Part shown: piece after piece, positions 19,465 through 29,248 of the stretch
How the letters are laid out: every line of letters begins with the position of its first letter
How positions within the stretch are numbered: position 1 is the first letter of the stretch
Assembly (NCBI GenBank): GCA_963816145.1
Contig: CAWFJP010000031.1
Coordinates: 384,001 to 448,000 of the forward strand
Source of the DNA: an uncultured delta proteobacterium
GTDB taxonomy: Bacteria; Desulfobacterota; Binatia; UBA9968
DNA length: 64,000 nt
Direction: 5' to 3'
The notes under the pieces: generated by a model
Database searches by the model: none
What the model saw: only the letters and a program-made list of their open reading frames with translations
Told to the model about the DNA's origin: nothing
Position numbers and translations under genes: made by a program

Positions 19465-20628
19465 ATGGCAGAGGGAAATCTGCAATTGTTCTTGCTCGGC
19501 GCGGAAAGACTGCTACGTTGCCGGTGGGACGGCCGTAGTGAAAACGTCGAGATCCTCAACAGCGCCATGGACGGCGAAACCTTGCGGGAAGTGGTGCGCG
19601 ATCCATTCAATCCCAGAAAACTCTACGCCGCGACGCTAACCGAGATTCATGTCAGTGAAAATAACGGCGAGAGTTGGCAGTGGTTACCGTCCGGCGGTAT
19701 CGATTACAGAGATATTTGGACCATGGCGGTGCATCCGACACGGCCCAATGAAATCTACGTCGGCACCTTGCCGGCGGCAGTCTATGTCAGCGAGAACGGC
19801 GGAAGGTCTTTTCGCGAGCTTGCGTCGTTTCGCAATCTGCCCGACTACAACAAATGGACTTTCCCTCCCGGCGCTCATGTCGCTCATGCGCGTTCCATCG
19901 CGCTCGACGCACGAGTGCCGGACGAGATCGTCGTCGGTATCGAGGAGGGCGGCGTGGCGCGCAGTCGCGACCGGGGCACGACCTGGGAAGATATCAGCGG
20001 TCCAGCGAGTCCAACAGCCTTTCCCAAGGTCAACGATCCAGCCGGGATCGTGCCGTACGAGATGGGCAAACATGAAGAAGGCCGCGTGTATCGCGACGTT
20101 CACTGGGTGACACGCCATCCATCGCGCTTGGAAACGCTCTATGCCAGCACGGGCATCGGCACCTATCGCACCGACGACGGCGGCAAACACTGGACGAAGT
20201 GCGAGTACGGGTTGGGTCGTGCCTATGCGATTCCAATGGCGACCCATCCAGCGGTGCCGGATCGAGTTTTTCTTGGCGCGGCGGAAAATGGTCCGGCCAC
20301 CTGGGCTGGTTATCGGACCGTACGCGCCGGGCCATACAATACGGTTAAGTTTAGCCGCAATGCCACAGCAGAGACCGGCGGCGCCAAGACCCAGATTTTA
20401 CGTAGCGACGATGCCGGCAAAAGCTGGCGCTATCTCACGGGCGGCCTGCCTGCCGGCACCGAGCATATGACCAGCGGCTTTGCTGCCCATCCCGATGATG
20501 CCAACACTCTGTGCGTCGGTTATACCGACGGTTCAGTTTACGCGAGCAACGATGCGGGGCTAAGTTGGCGCCGATTGATCGTATCGCTGCCAAAGCTTTA
20601 CGGTATAAGATTGATACCGGCTGTTTAG
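19465..20628 (+). CDS. BNR/Asp-box beta-propeller protein (no signal peptide)
   Basis: Repeated S.D/N.G..W Asp-boxes (SENNGESW, SENGGRSF, SRDRGTTW, TDDGGKHW, SDDAGKSW, SNDAGLSW); SD GGAGG. Confidence 0.8.
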   Translation: MAEGNLQLFLLGAERLLRCRWDGRSENVEILNSAMDGETLREVVRDPFNPRKLYAATLTEIHVSENNGESWQWLPSGGIDYRDIWTMAVHPTRPNEIYVGTLPAAVYVSENGGRSFRELASFRNLPDYNKWTFPPGAHVAHARSIALDARVPDEIVVGIEEGGVARSRDRGTTWEDISGPASPTAFPKVNDPAGIVPYEMGKHEEGRVYRDVHWVTRHPSRLETLYASTGIGTYRTDDGGKHWTKCEYGLGRAYAIPMATHPAVPDRVFLGAAENGPATWAGYRTVRAGPYNTVKFSRNATAETGGAKTQILRSDDAGKSWRYLTGGLPAGTEHMTSGFAAHPDDANTLCVGYTDGSVYASNDAGLSWRRLIVSLPKLYGIRLIPAV

Positions 20629-20720
20629 CAGGCGATGGAAACGCTGAATAATCGGTCGTTTCTGTAGCTTTGTGGTTGGATTGGACATTTTATATAATTT
20701 CGTTTTGTAGCAAGAAATGG

Positions 20721-20749
20721 TTGACAGGGTGAGCGCAATGCTTCACAAT
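20721..20749 (+). promoter_or_regulatory. Putative sigma70 promoter of pal
   Basis: TTGACA-N17-CACAAT. Confidence 0.55.
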
Positions 20750-20794
20750 TAGCCAATCAAATCAGTCCAGGACGGGGCTGGAAAGGTGGTTTCG

Positions 20795-21352
20795 ATGAGG
20801 GAGCAAAAGCGTATTTTGCACAATGGATTGAAATTGTTGGCGATTACTTTGTTGGTTTCATGTGGTAATCCGGTAAATCCGCCGCCGCCGAAATTTACGG
20901 GGGAGAATCTGCCCGCTGAGAAGCCAAAACCAGCGGCGCCAAAGCCACCGGCGCCGCCACCGGCGCCTAAGACAAGCTTGGACGAACTGCAAACTGGAAA
21001 ACCGGCGGCGGCTGGCCCGCTGAAAGACATTAACTTCAACTTCGACAGCGCCGCTCTTTCAGAAGCAGCACGCACGACGTTGCGAAGCAATGCCGATTGG
21101 CTCAAGTCCAACGCGACGGCGCGTGTGCAGATCGAAGGACATTGTGATGAGCGCGGTGCTGCCGACTACAATATGGCGCTTGGCGCCAAACGCGCCCAGG
21201 CGGCGATGGATTACCTCGCTACATTAGGTGTCGCTGCCAATCGTATGTCGACGATCAGTTACGGCGAAGAAATTCCCGTATGCAAAGAAAAGACCGAGGC
21301 TTGCTGGGCGCAGAATCGGCGTGACCGATTCGTTGTTACTGCCGCGAAGTAA
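20795..21352 (+). CDS. pal: Peptidoglycan-associated lipoprotein (OmpA-like C-domain)
   Basis: Lipobox LVSC, Pro-rich linker, INFNFDS, IEGHCDERG..DYNMALG.KRA, ISYGEE.P, WAQNRR. Confidence 0.9.
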   Translation: MREQKRILHNGLKLLAITLLVSCGNPVNPPPPKFTGENLPAEKPKPAAPKPPAPPPAPKTSLDELQTGKPAAAGPLKDINFNFDSAALSEAARTTLRSNADWLKSNATARVQIEGHCDERGAADYNMALGAKRAQAAMDYLATLGVAANRMSTISYGEEIPVCKEKTEACWAQNRRDRFVVTAAK

Positions 21353-21380
21353 TATTCGATTAAGCGAAAAACAACTCGAC

Positions 21381-21418
21381 AAAAAGGCCCATGTCATTAT
21401 GATATGGGCCTTTTTTTT
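21381..21418 (+). terminator. Rho-independent terminator after pal (potentially bidirectional)
   Basis: AAAAAGGCCCATGTCA-TTA-TGATATGGGCC-TTTTTTTT. Confidence 0.85.
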
Positions 21419-21482
21419 CGCCTGGAATAGTTGGATGTCTGAGCAATTCAACTCTCGGGCACTGATTGGAGTCACGTAAGCA

Positions 21483-21512
21483 TTGACATAGAAAGTGAGC
21501 CTTTGTTAGGTT
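21483..21512 (+). promoter_or_regulatory. Putative sigma70 promoter
   Basis: TTGACA-N18-TAGGTT with an extended TGn, upstream of 21570. Confidence 0.4.
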
Positions 21513-21569
21513 CGCACGTCGCTGTACGTGTGCGAGCGACAATTTGACCCAGCAAAAGAGGCGGCATCA

Positions 21570-22310
21570 ATGCGATACGGTTGGCGAGCAAGAATCGGTC
21601 ATATTGCGCCGGCAATTCTCGACACCTCGGGCGAGGAGATGCGCAAGTTGCTTCCCGCCGGTGTGCTGCATGTCGGTTTAACGATCAGCGAGCCGATTCA
21701 AACTCTCGGACCAGAGCAGGCTGCGGCAGCATTTGAACGCATGGTCGATGCCGGCAAACGTTTGGCTGCGGAGAAAGTCGATGTGCTGATCTGTGGCGGT
21801 GCGCCGGTGGCGCTGTCCAAGGGGCCAGCGGGAGATGCCGAGTTGGCAGAGCTGTTGCGGCAGGAGACGAAGTTGCCCGTGGTGACGGCGAACGGGGCTG
21901 TCGTCGATGGCTTGCACAGTTTGGATGCGCGCACTGTGATCGCCGTAAGTCCGTTTATCGATGCACGGAATCTGGAGATCAAAAGTTTTCTCGAAGCGAG
22001 CGGCTTCGCAGTGGCGGCGACCAAAGGGCTTGGCCTCACCAAGAATATCGACTTTGCCAGTCAATCTCCTGATGCCGCGTACTCGCTTGCTTATGACGTT
22101 GCGAAAGCGCATCCGGAAGCCGATGCGATTTATATCGCCTGCCCGCGCTGGCCGTCGGTGGATATCATCGCCGCGCTGGAAGCGGATACCGGCAAAGCCG
22201 TCGTTGCCGCGCCCGCTGCGATGGTTTGGGGCGCGCTGAAAGCGCTGCGGATCAACGATTGCAAGCCGGGTTTCGGCCGACTCATGGAAAGTCTACGGGC
22301 GGTGCGCTGA
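21570..22310 (+). CDS. Asp/Glu racemase superfamily protein, arylmalonate decarboxylase/maleate isomerase-like
   Basis: YGWRARIGHIAP, VSPF, YIACPRWPS; paralogue of 17619-18344. Confidence 0.85.
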   Translation: MRYGWRARIGHIAPAILDTSGEEMRKLLPAGVLHVGLTISEPIQTLGPEQAAAAFERMVDAGKRLAAEKVDVLICGGAPVALSKGPAGDAELAELLRQETKLPVVTANGAVVDGLHSLDARTVIAVSPFIDARNLEIKSFLEASGFAVAATKGLGLTKNIDFASQSPDAAYSLAYDVAKAHPEADAIYIACPRWPSVDIIAALEADTGKAVVAAPAAMVWGALKALRINDCKPGFGRLMESLRAVR

Positions 22311-22365
22311 ATCGACTCGTGCGTTCAACGACGGTGATTCTGCTTTCGAATTGAAAGGATCTGCC

Positions 22366-23379
22366 ATGATGCTTCGACGATCCGTAACGGTTTTTGCCTG
22401 GACGCTGGTTGCTCTCGGTCAATTTCCTACCACACCCACGGTTGCGCAGGAACGCTTCCGGGTTTCTTACGGCGGATTCAACGAGACCGCAACATCGATG
22501 TGGGTCGGCATCGAGCGCGGCATATTCAAGAAATACGGCATCGACGCGCAAATGGTTCAGGTGCGTAACGGCGCGCTGAGCGTGGCAACTCTGGTCGCGA
22601 AAGAAGTCGAAGCGGTCTGGCCGGCGCAGTCGACGATCTTGAGCACGGTTACCGGCGGCATCAAGCTCACATGCATCGGCGGTCCGGTGAATAAGATCCC
22701 GCGCAATCTCATGGTGCGCAAAGAGGTCAAAAGCGCCGAAGATCTGCGCGGAAAAACCGTCGGCGTGCAAAGCATCGGCGGCGGATTGTGGCTGCAAACG
22801 ATGATCATCCTGGATCACCTCGGTGTCGATCCGGACAAGTATGGCATAAAAGTTCGCGTCATCGGCGATGAAGCGACGCTGGCCCAGGCGATGATCACGA
22901 ACAATATCGACTTCGGCGTGATCACCTACGGATTGAGCGAAACCCTCTACCCGCAGGGATTCAAATCATTAGTCGACGCTGCCGAGATTTCGGCTCCTTA
23001 CCAGGGCCCGGAAATTTGCGGGCTGAAAGAATCCGTCGCCAGCCGCAACGAATTTTACCTGCGCGTCATCAAAGGGCTGGCAGAGGCTGTCGCCTTCATC
23101 CTCGATGACAACAATAAACCGGAAGTAACCAAAGTGGTGCAGCGCAATCTGCGCCTGAGCCGAAACGACGTGATCGAAGGTTCCTACAAAGTGTTGCGCA
23201 AGATGACTACGCTCGACATGGCGCCCAACGTTGCCGCCTTCAAATCCGTTCAACGCATCGTTGCGCGCATCAACCCGAAAATCACCCAGGTCGATCTCGA
23301 CCAGGTCATCGACGCAAGCTTCGTGCGTCAATTGGAGTCGAGCGGCTTCTTGGCGGAGCTGCGCAAGAAGATCAAATAA
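22366..23379 (+). CDS. ABC transporter substrate-binding protein (NMT1/SsuA-like)
   Basis: Signal peptide, GIFKKYGID, DLRGKTVGV, C-terminal LESSGF. Confidence 0.88.
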   Translation: MMLRRSVTVFAWTLVALGQFPTTPTVAQERFRVSYGGFNETATSMWVGIERGIFKKYGIDAQMVQVRNGALSVATLVAKEVEAVWPAQSTILSTVTGGIKLTCIGGPVNKIPRNLMVRKEVKSAEDLRGKTVGVQSIGGGLWLQTMIILDHLGVDPDKYGIKVRVIGDEATLAQAMITNNIDFGVITYGLSETLYPQGFKSLVDAAEISAPYQGPEICGLKESVASRNEFYLRVIKGLAEAVAFILDDNNKPEVTKVVQRNLRLSRNDVIEGSYKVLRKMTTLDMAPNVAAFKSVQRIVARINPKITQVDLDQVIDASFVRQLESSGFLAELRKKIK

Positions 23380-23396
23380 CCGGCGCGGCGGTCATC

Positions 23397-24362
23397 TCAG
23401 GAAAACAAATCCAAGGTTTCCTTGGCGAACAGTTCGTTGACGGCGAATTTGTGCTTTGTCAGCCCTTGTTCATGGGAATAGAGCGTCGCTGCTTCCAGGG
23501 TAGCCGCGTTACTCTTCACGCCGTACGGCGCGATATCCTTGCCGAGCACCTGGCGGGCGTATTCCATATCCAGATTTAGCCACGGAAGCGACGCCAACCC
23601 CTCGTCATAATCCTCGAAGGCCAGCTCCTTGGCGGTTTGGAAACCTTGAGAAAGGCTCACGGCCAAGGATGGATCCTGTTCGTAGATCGCCCGGCGCATC
23701 ACCGTCATGTGCATGATCGGGTAGATTTTCGTACGTTCGTAATACTGCGCCTCGACCGCGCGGCAATCGGGAAACAAGCGCGCGACCAGCGGCGACCCTT
23801 GCAGAAACGCCCGTGGCGGAGATGTGACCGCCACAGCGTCGAGCTCGCCCGCTTCGAGCAAGCCGTCGAGCGTCTGATCCTTGCCGATGTTGTTGATGCG
23901 GATGCCCGGTGGCATGTCGATGGCGACATGTTCGGCGCGGCGGCGAAACCAGTGAATATCCTGCGGCGCGACGCCGTACTCATGTTGCAGCAAGCCGCGC
24001 ACAAACAAGAGAGCCGTCATCGAATAGTCGGCGATGCCGACCTTCTTGCCTTTGAGATCCGCCGCTTGGGCGATGCCTGCTTTGGTATTGACCCAAATAT
24101 AAGAGTGGCGAAACACACGCGAGGGAAAAACCGGGATGGCGACAAAGCGGCGGTCGCCCTTGCCCATGGCGATCATGAAGTTCGATAACGACATTTCCGA
24201 AGCGTCGAATTCTTCGTCGTGCAGCATGCGCAGAAAAATCTGCGACGGCGGCGAAATGTTGACGAACTTCAGATCGACGCCGTCGACTTTCACCCGGCCG
24301 TCGGCCAAGGCGCGGCAGTGATCGTAGTCGCGCATACCGATGGTGATGGTTCGATTTGCCAT
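23397..24362 (-). CDS. 4,5-dihydroxyphthalate decarboxylase-like protein (SBP fold, no signal peptide)
   Basis: DYDHCRALADGRV, FDASEMSLS, AIPVFPSRVFRHS, IYPIMH and YSHEQGL are typical of PhtD/OphC-like proteins; SD GGAGG before 24362. Confidence 0.8.
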   Translation of the reverse strand: MANRTITIGMRDYDHCRALADGRVKVDGVDLKFVNISPPSQIFLRMLHDEEFDASEMSLSNFMIAMGKGDRRFVAIPVFPSRVFRHSYIWVNTKAGIAQAADLKGKKVGIADYSMTALLFVRGLLQHEYGVAPQDIHWFRRRAEHVAIDMPPGIRINNIGKDQTLDGLLEAGELDAVAVTSPPRAFLQGSPLVARLFPDCRAVEAQYYERTKIYPIMHMTVMRRAIYEQDPSLAVSLSQGFQTAKELAFEDYDEGLASLPWLNLDMEYARQVLGKDIAPYGVKSNAATLEAATLYSHEQGLTKHKFAVNELFAKETLDLFS

Positions 24363-24527
24363 AGGTCCTCCGCTTGAAGCGTCGCAAATGTAAGTTGAAT
24401 ATGCTGCGGAAGTCAATCGGAAGACGGACACGGCTCCCGATTCGCTCTGTATCTGGCTCAACTCCTTATCTGGCTAGTGGACAGGTTCAGGTTAATGGGA
24501 TAATGGAGAGTCGAAAGGCGTTGGCGT

Positions 24528-24968
24528 ATGGAGAAACTCAAACTCGATGCTGTGGTGCACTGGTCGATCCCGGTGAATGATTTGGAAGCGGCTGAGCAAT
24601 TTTACGGCGAGATTCTCGGTCTGGAGCGTGTCGGCCGCTTGGCCAACTCGCCGATGTCCTGCTTCAAGCTCGGTAATCACAACATTCTTCTGTGCCAGCG
24701 CAATGATCCGGTCCAGCGTACCGTCGAGCAAGATGGCCGGCTGCACCATGCCTTCGATGTTAGCCCCGAGATGTTCGACAAGGCTTGTAAATTATTTCAC
24801 AAGCTCGGGATTAAGATCCACGAGCCGGTGGATTATCGTCCCGGCGGATTTTTCACCGGACGGCAACTCTTCGTTCTCGACCCCAGCGGCAATCGTATCG
24901 AGTTGCGCGACGCTGGCTGGAAGAAGGGCATGCCGACGCCGACCTATGAAGAAATCGTCGCATCTTGA
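24528..24968 (+). CDS. VOC (glyoxalase/extradiol dioxygenase) family protein
   Basis: HWSIPVNDLEAAEQFYGEILG, HHAF and DPSGNRIEL. Confidence 0.9.
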   Translation: MEKLKLDAVVHWSIPVNDLEAAEQFYGEILGLERVGRLANSPMSCFKLGNHNILLCQRNDPVQRTVEQDGRLHHAFDVSPEMFDKACKLFHKLGIKIHEPVDYRPGGFFTGRQLFVLDPSGNRIELRDAGWKKGMPTPTYEEIVAS

Positions 24969-25045
24969 CGCTGCGCGTCTGTTCAAATGGTTCAAAACGT
25001 TCAAGTCGTTGTAGATGGGCCATCGCTGCGCTCGGCGAGGTAAGC

Positions 25046-26044
25046 ATGATGAAGCGCTTGGGTTATCTCGGTCATTTTGTACTATTGGCGAACTTATTAG
25101 CCGTCGGTGATTTGCCTGGCGCTGATAAGATTCGCGTCAGCGGTGGCGGTATGACGCCGCTTCATTCGCTCATTTGGGTGGCCAACCAGGAAGGCCTGTT
25201 TAAGAAATACGGCATGGACGTGGAGTACCTGGTGATGAACAGTGGTACGTTGGGAGTGCAGACGATGCTGTCAAACGACAGCCAGTTTCTCTTCTCAACC
25301 GGCGCGCTAGCGGTGACCGCCAATTTACAGGGCGCGGATATCGCGATGATTACCGGCGGTTTTAATCTTTTCGCTTTTAAATTGATTGGCCGGCCGGAAC
25401 TACGCGGTGTGCAAGATTTGCGCGGCAAAAAAATCTCCATCAGCCAATTCGGTTCGGCAACCGATTTCGCGGTTCAAGCAAGTCTGGAAAAGTTCGGCGT
25501 CGACCCCAAACAGGTGACGGTGATTCAGCTCGGCGCCAGTTCCAATCGACTTGCCGCGCTGACGAACGGATCTACGGACGCTTCGCTGTTTACCGAGCCG
25601 TTCGCAACCATGGCGATTAAGAAACACAAAATGAATTTGCTTTTGGACATGGCCGAAGCGGGCATGGCTTATCCGCAGAGTTGTTTGATGATCAAGCGCA
25701 GTTATCTCGACGCCAACCGCGAAAAGGCGACCAACTTCGTCAAGGCGTTGGTCGAAGCGCTGTTTATCGCGAAGCGGGATCGCGCCATGACCATTCAAGT
25801 GATAAAAAAATACATCCGCGCGGACGACGAAGTTTATGGCATCGGTTACGACTATTTTTTGGGAACCCACGCCGAGGGGCTTTTGAGTATGCCGGATCGT
25901 AAAGGCGTCGAGCTGGTGATCGCCCAACTGGCAAAAACCAACCCCAAAGCGAAAGGTCAGACGGTGGATTCATTGAGAGTGATGGAACCGAGCATTCTCG
26001 ATGAGCTTAAGAAGAGTGGGTTTATCGATAAGGTGCGCAAATAA
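25046..26044 (+). CDS. ABC transporter substrate-binding protein (NMT1/SsuA-like)
   Basis: GLFKKYGMDVE, DLRGKKISISQFGS, LKKSGFI; SD GAGG before 25046. Confidence 0.88.
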   Translation: MMKRLGYLGHFVLLANLLAVGDLPGADKIRVSGGGMTPLHSLIWVANQEGLFKKYGMDVEYLVMNSGTLGVQTMLSNDSQFLFSTGALAVTANLQGADIAMITGGFNLFAFKLIGRPELRGVQDLRGKKISISQFGSATDFAVQASLEKFGVDPKQVTVIQLGASSNRLAALTNGSTDASLFTEPFATMAIKKHKMNLLLDMAEAGMAYPQSCLMIKRSYLDANREKATNFVKALVEALFIAKRDRAMTIQVIKKYIRADDEVYGIGYDYFLGTHAEGLLSMPDRKGVELVIAQLAKTNPKAKGQTVDSLRVMEPSILDELKKSGFIDKVRK

Positions 26045-26059
26045 GCCGAGCTATACAAC

Positions 26060-27007
26060 ATGAGGGACACAACATCGCCTTCTCATTATCCCTTCGTACC
26101 GCTACCCGACCGCGGGCCGTTGCGCTTTCCGGGCGGCGCGCAGTTGGCGTTAATAATTACCCTCAACTTGGAGTTTTGGGAGCCGTCGCGCGCTGGACAG
26201 AAGGAACCGCTGTTTACCGGCGGGCCAATGACGATCCCTCACGCGCTGCCGGGGGACGTGCTCGACACCGCGAACTGGACTTGGCGCGAGTATGGCCAGC
26301 GCGTCGGCGTCTGGCGCATGATCGAGATGTTCGACAAGACCGACGTCAAGCCGTCCTGCACGATCAATGGCATGACCATGACCGAGCGCCGCCGCGTCGT
26401 CGATGCCTGCAATGAGCGCGGTTGGGAACTGGTGCCGCATAATTGGGTGCAGAACGATTTGCTGACCTATTATGCGCACAAGCCCGATGAAGAGCGCGCC
26501 GTGATCCGGCGCACCCTCGACACTTACGAAAAAGTTGTCGGCCGGCCGGCGCAGGCATGGCTGTCGTCGGCGATCCGCGGCACGGCGCACACGCCGGCGT
26601 TTCTGAAAGCGTTTGGCCTGATCGCCTACTGCGATTACCTGAACGACGACCAGCCGTACTTGATTCACACCACCCATGGGCCGATCGTCTGCGTGCCTTA
26701 TTCCAACGATATCAACGACTTCAATCTGTTCGCCCGCGGCGGCATGTCGGCGTCGGCGGGATTAGAGACCTTGAAAATCTGCTTCGATCAACTTTACGCT
26801 GAAGGCGCCGGGACCGGGCGCATTATGAACCTCGGCCTGCATCCCCATGTGATGGGCCATGCTCATCGCATCGGCGCCCTGCGCGAGTTCGTCGAATACG
26901 CCCAGGCGCGCGCAAAAGTTTGGTTTACCAGCCGGGAAGAGATGGCGCGGTGGTATTTGACCGTTCATGAAACGCATATTGCGTGGGACGAAGAGGGTAA
27001 GGGGTAA
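26060..27007 (+). CDS. Polysaccharide deacetylase family protein (PuuE allantoinase-like)
   Basis: P.G..LA....LNLE, WREYG.RVG.WR, DDQPY, VPYS.DIND, GLHPH..G...R. Confidence 0.85.
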   Translation: MRDTTSPSHYPFVPLPDRGPLRFPGGAQLALIITLNLEFWEPSRAGQKEPLFTGGPMTIPHALPGDVLDTANWTWREYGQRVGVWRMIEMFDKTDVKPSCTINGMTMTERRRVVDACNERGWELVPHNWVQNDLLTYYAHKPDEERAVIRRTLDTYEKVVGRPAQAWLSSAIRGTAHTPAFLKAFGLIAYCDYLNDDQPYLIHTTHGPIVCVPYSNDINDFNLFARGGMSASAGLETLKICFDQLYAEGAGTGRIMNLGLHPHVMGHAHRIGALREFVEYAQARAKVWFTSREEMARWYLTVHETHIAWDEEGKG

Positions 27008-27059
27008 GGGGTGACGGGCGAGGAGTCAGGGGGTTTGGAGAACAAATTGGGAGTTGAAG

Positions 27060-28067
27060 ATGAAGCGCTTATTACGTCGTGAGTTTTTGTCTGTGATTGT
27101 GGTGTTGTGTGGGTTTGCATTATTTGCGGACCGGGTGCCGGCCCAGGAAGGGCGCCGATTGCGCGCCGGCTATGCTTCGCTCTCCGGTAACATGGTGCCC
27201 TACTGGGCCGGCAAAGATGCGGGGATCTACAAGAAGTTTGGCCTCGACATCGATCTGGTCGCTTTTCCCAGCGGCACCGAAGGGATGGCGGCGATGATTG
27301 CCGGCGAGATCGAATTTCTCGCCATCGCGGGTAGCACGACGGCGAGCGCGGCCATCGGCGGTTCCGATGTGGTCTCGCTGGCGATCACCACCGAACGTTT
27401 GGTGACCAGCTTGATGACCATTCCGAGCATCCAGCGGCCTGAAGAGCTGAAAGGCAAAGCGGTGGGGATCAGCCGTTTCGGCACGTCCATCGATACCGCG
27501 GCGCGGATGGCGATTCAGCACTTCGGCATGGAGCCGGTAAAAGATGTTTCGCTCGTGCAAGCCGGTGCGGTCTCGGCCAACCTGGCGGCGATGCGCGGCG
27601 GTCGCATCCAAGCGGCGATCCTGTCCTATCCGTCGATTATTCAAGCGCGCCGCGAAGGCTTTCGCGAGCTTCTCGATATCGCATCGTTAGGAGTGCCCTA
27701 CGCGTCCACGGGAATTACCGTGCGCAAGAGTTTCATGGCGCAGCGCCGCGATGTCGTGACCAATTTTGTTAAGTCGATACTCGAAGCCACAGCGCGCATC
27801 AAAAGAGACAAAGCGTTCACTATCGACATGATGATGAAGTATTTCCGTACTAAAGACCGCGAGATGATGGAAGAGACTTACGAGGTTTCCGTGACCAAGT
27901 ATTTGAAACGCGTGCCGACGCCAACTGCGGAATCGTTTCGCACCGTGGTCGACGAACTTGCTTTAGTAAACCCCAAGGCCAAGGGACAAGATCCCAAACG
28001 TTTCTACGACGATAGTATCTTGCAGGAATTGGACAAGAGCGGATTTATTAGTTCCGTCAGCCGATGA
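27060..28067 (+). CDS. ABC transporter substrate-binding protein (NMT1/SsuA-like)
   Basis: Signal peptide, GIYKKFGLD, ELKGKAVGISRFG, LDKSGFI. Confidence 0.88.
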   Translation: MKRLLRREFLSVIVVLCGFALFADRVPAQEGRRLRAGYASLSGNMVPYWAGKDAGIYKKFGLDIDLVAFPSGTEGMAAMIAGEIEFLAIAGSTTASAAIGGSDVVSLAITTERLVTSLMTIPSIQRPEELKGKAVGISRFGTSIDTAARMAIQHFGMEPVKDVSLVQAGAVSANLAAMRGGRIQAAILSYPSIIQARREGFRELLDIASLGVPYASTGITVRKSFMAQRRDVVTNFVKSILEATARIKRDKAFTIDMMMKYFRTKDREMMEETYEVSVTKYLKRVPTPTAESFRTVVDELALVNPKAKGQDPKRFYDDSILQELDKSGFISSVSR

Positions 28068-28098
28068 GCGCAAAACTCGACGTTCAGCCAACAATTAG

Positions 28099-28962
28099 TT
28101 AGTTCAATAAAGAGGGACCCTCGGAGGTGACGATCTGGATAAAATCTTTCTTGGCATTTTTCATCCGGGCCATCTGGCTGTCCGCTTCCTGCATGAGTTC
28201 GGCGACGGTGCGCGGGGCTTTGGTGCAGGCGACGGCGCTGATATAGAAGTTGAGCGGGTGGGAGTGTTTGCGCCGTTCGTCCTTGAGCACGTTGTGCAGC
28301 TGTTCGAGCGCCAAATTCGCCCCGCTCGAAGCTGTCTTGGGTAATAGCACCGCGAAGGTGGTCCCCGCCAATCTACCGACGAGATCGGGTCGCGCGACGT
28401 TCTCGCGAATCGTGTGAGCGATGGTGCACATCATTTGGTCGCCCGCCGGGTAGCCCTGCCGTTCGTTGACCAACTGTATGCCGCTCACGTCGATGCAAGC
28501 CAGAGTCATCGGTTCAAGTCCAGAAGCGCGGCCCATCTCCTCAGCGGCGAGTTCATAGAAGGCACGGCCGTTGGGCAGGCCGGTGATAAAATCGCGGCTT
28601 GCTAGATTGGACAGTTCGTCGAGCTTGGATTTCAACGATGCTTGGGTGAATGCGAAAATGACAAATACGCCGCTGCGCATGAGCAGGTTCCAGTAGGCGA
28701 TCCAGGGCGAGGAATAGGCCCGGCCACTCAAGGAATCGCTGACAAACCAAACCAGTGATCCAAAGATTGCCAAAGTCACGCCCACATCACGGGAAATAAA
28801 CCAGCTGCCGAGAAAGATCGGAATCAAATTGAGCAACAAGAAATGCATCTCGATGCGGGTGGCGAAATCAAGCACGCCCAGCAAAATCGATAAGGCGATG
28901 GCGATGAAAACCACCGTGAGCTTTGAGCGGCGCTCAAAGAACTTCGTCAGTTTCAAATGCAT
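28099..28962 (-). CDS. Membrane-anchored degenerate GGDEF-domain protein
   Basis: N-terminal TM helices, D.ITGLPN.RAF; the active-site loop reads GRLAGTTF instead of GRLGGDEF. Confidence 0.85.
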   Translation of the reverse strand: MHLKLTKFFERRSKLTVVFIAIALSILLGVLDFATRIEMHFLLLNLIPIFLGSWFISRDVGVTLAIFGSLVWFVSDSLSGRAYSSPWIAYWNLLMRSGVFVIFAFTQASLKSKLDELSNLASRDFITGLPNGRAFYELAAEEMGRASGLEPMTLACIDVSGIQLVNERQGYPAGDQMMCTIAHTIRENVARPDLVGRLAGTTFAVLLPKTASSGANLALEQLHNVLKDERRKHSHPLNFYISAVACTKAPRTVAELMQEADSQMARMKNAKKDFIQIVTSEGPSLLN

Positions 28963-29248
28963 CTATCGACCCCAGGGAAAGCGATTCAAACTTGGCGAGT
29001 GTAAACGACAACTCTGCCCATGGTCAAATCGATTTCTCAAATATAGGGTATCGGAAAAACCAATTTCAGCGAACTTCGCCGTCATGCGGATGAATTGTCA
29101 TTGAGTGGGGCTCACGGATGCGCCATTTTGTTTGTCAAGAATACCTAGAGTTGTTCTAATTACGGCAGTTGATCGGAGCTAGGGGCGAACATGAAATAGC
29201 GCCCCGGCTTTTCTGCTCTCGTCATAACCAGTGATCGAGGAGGGCCCG

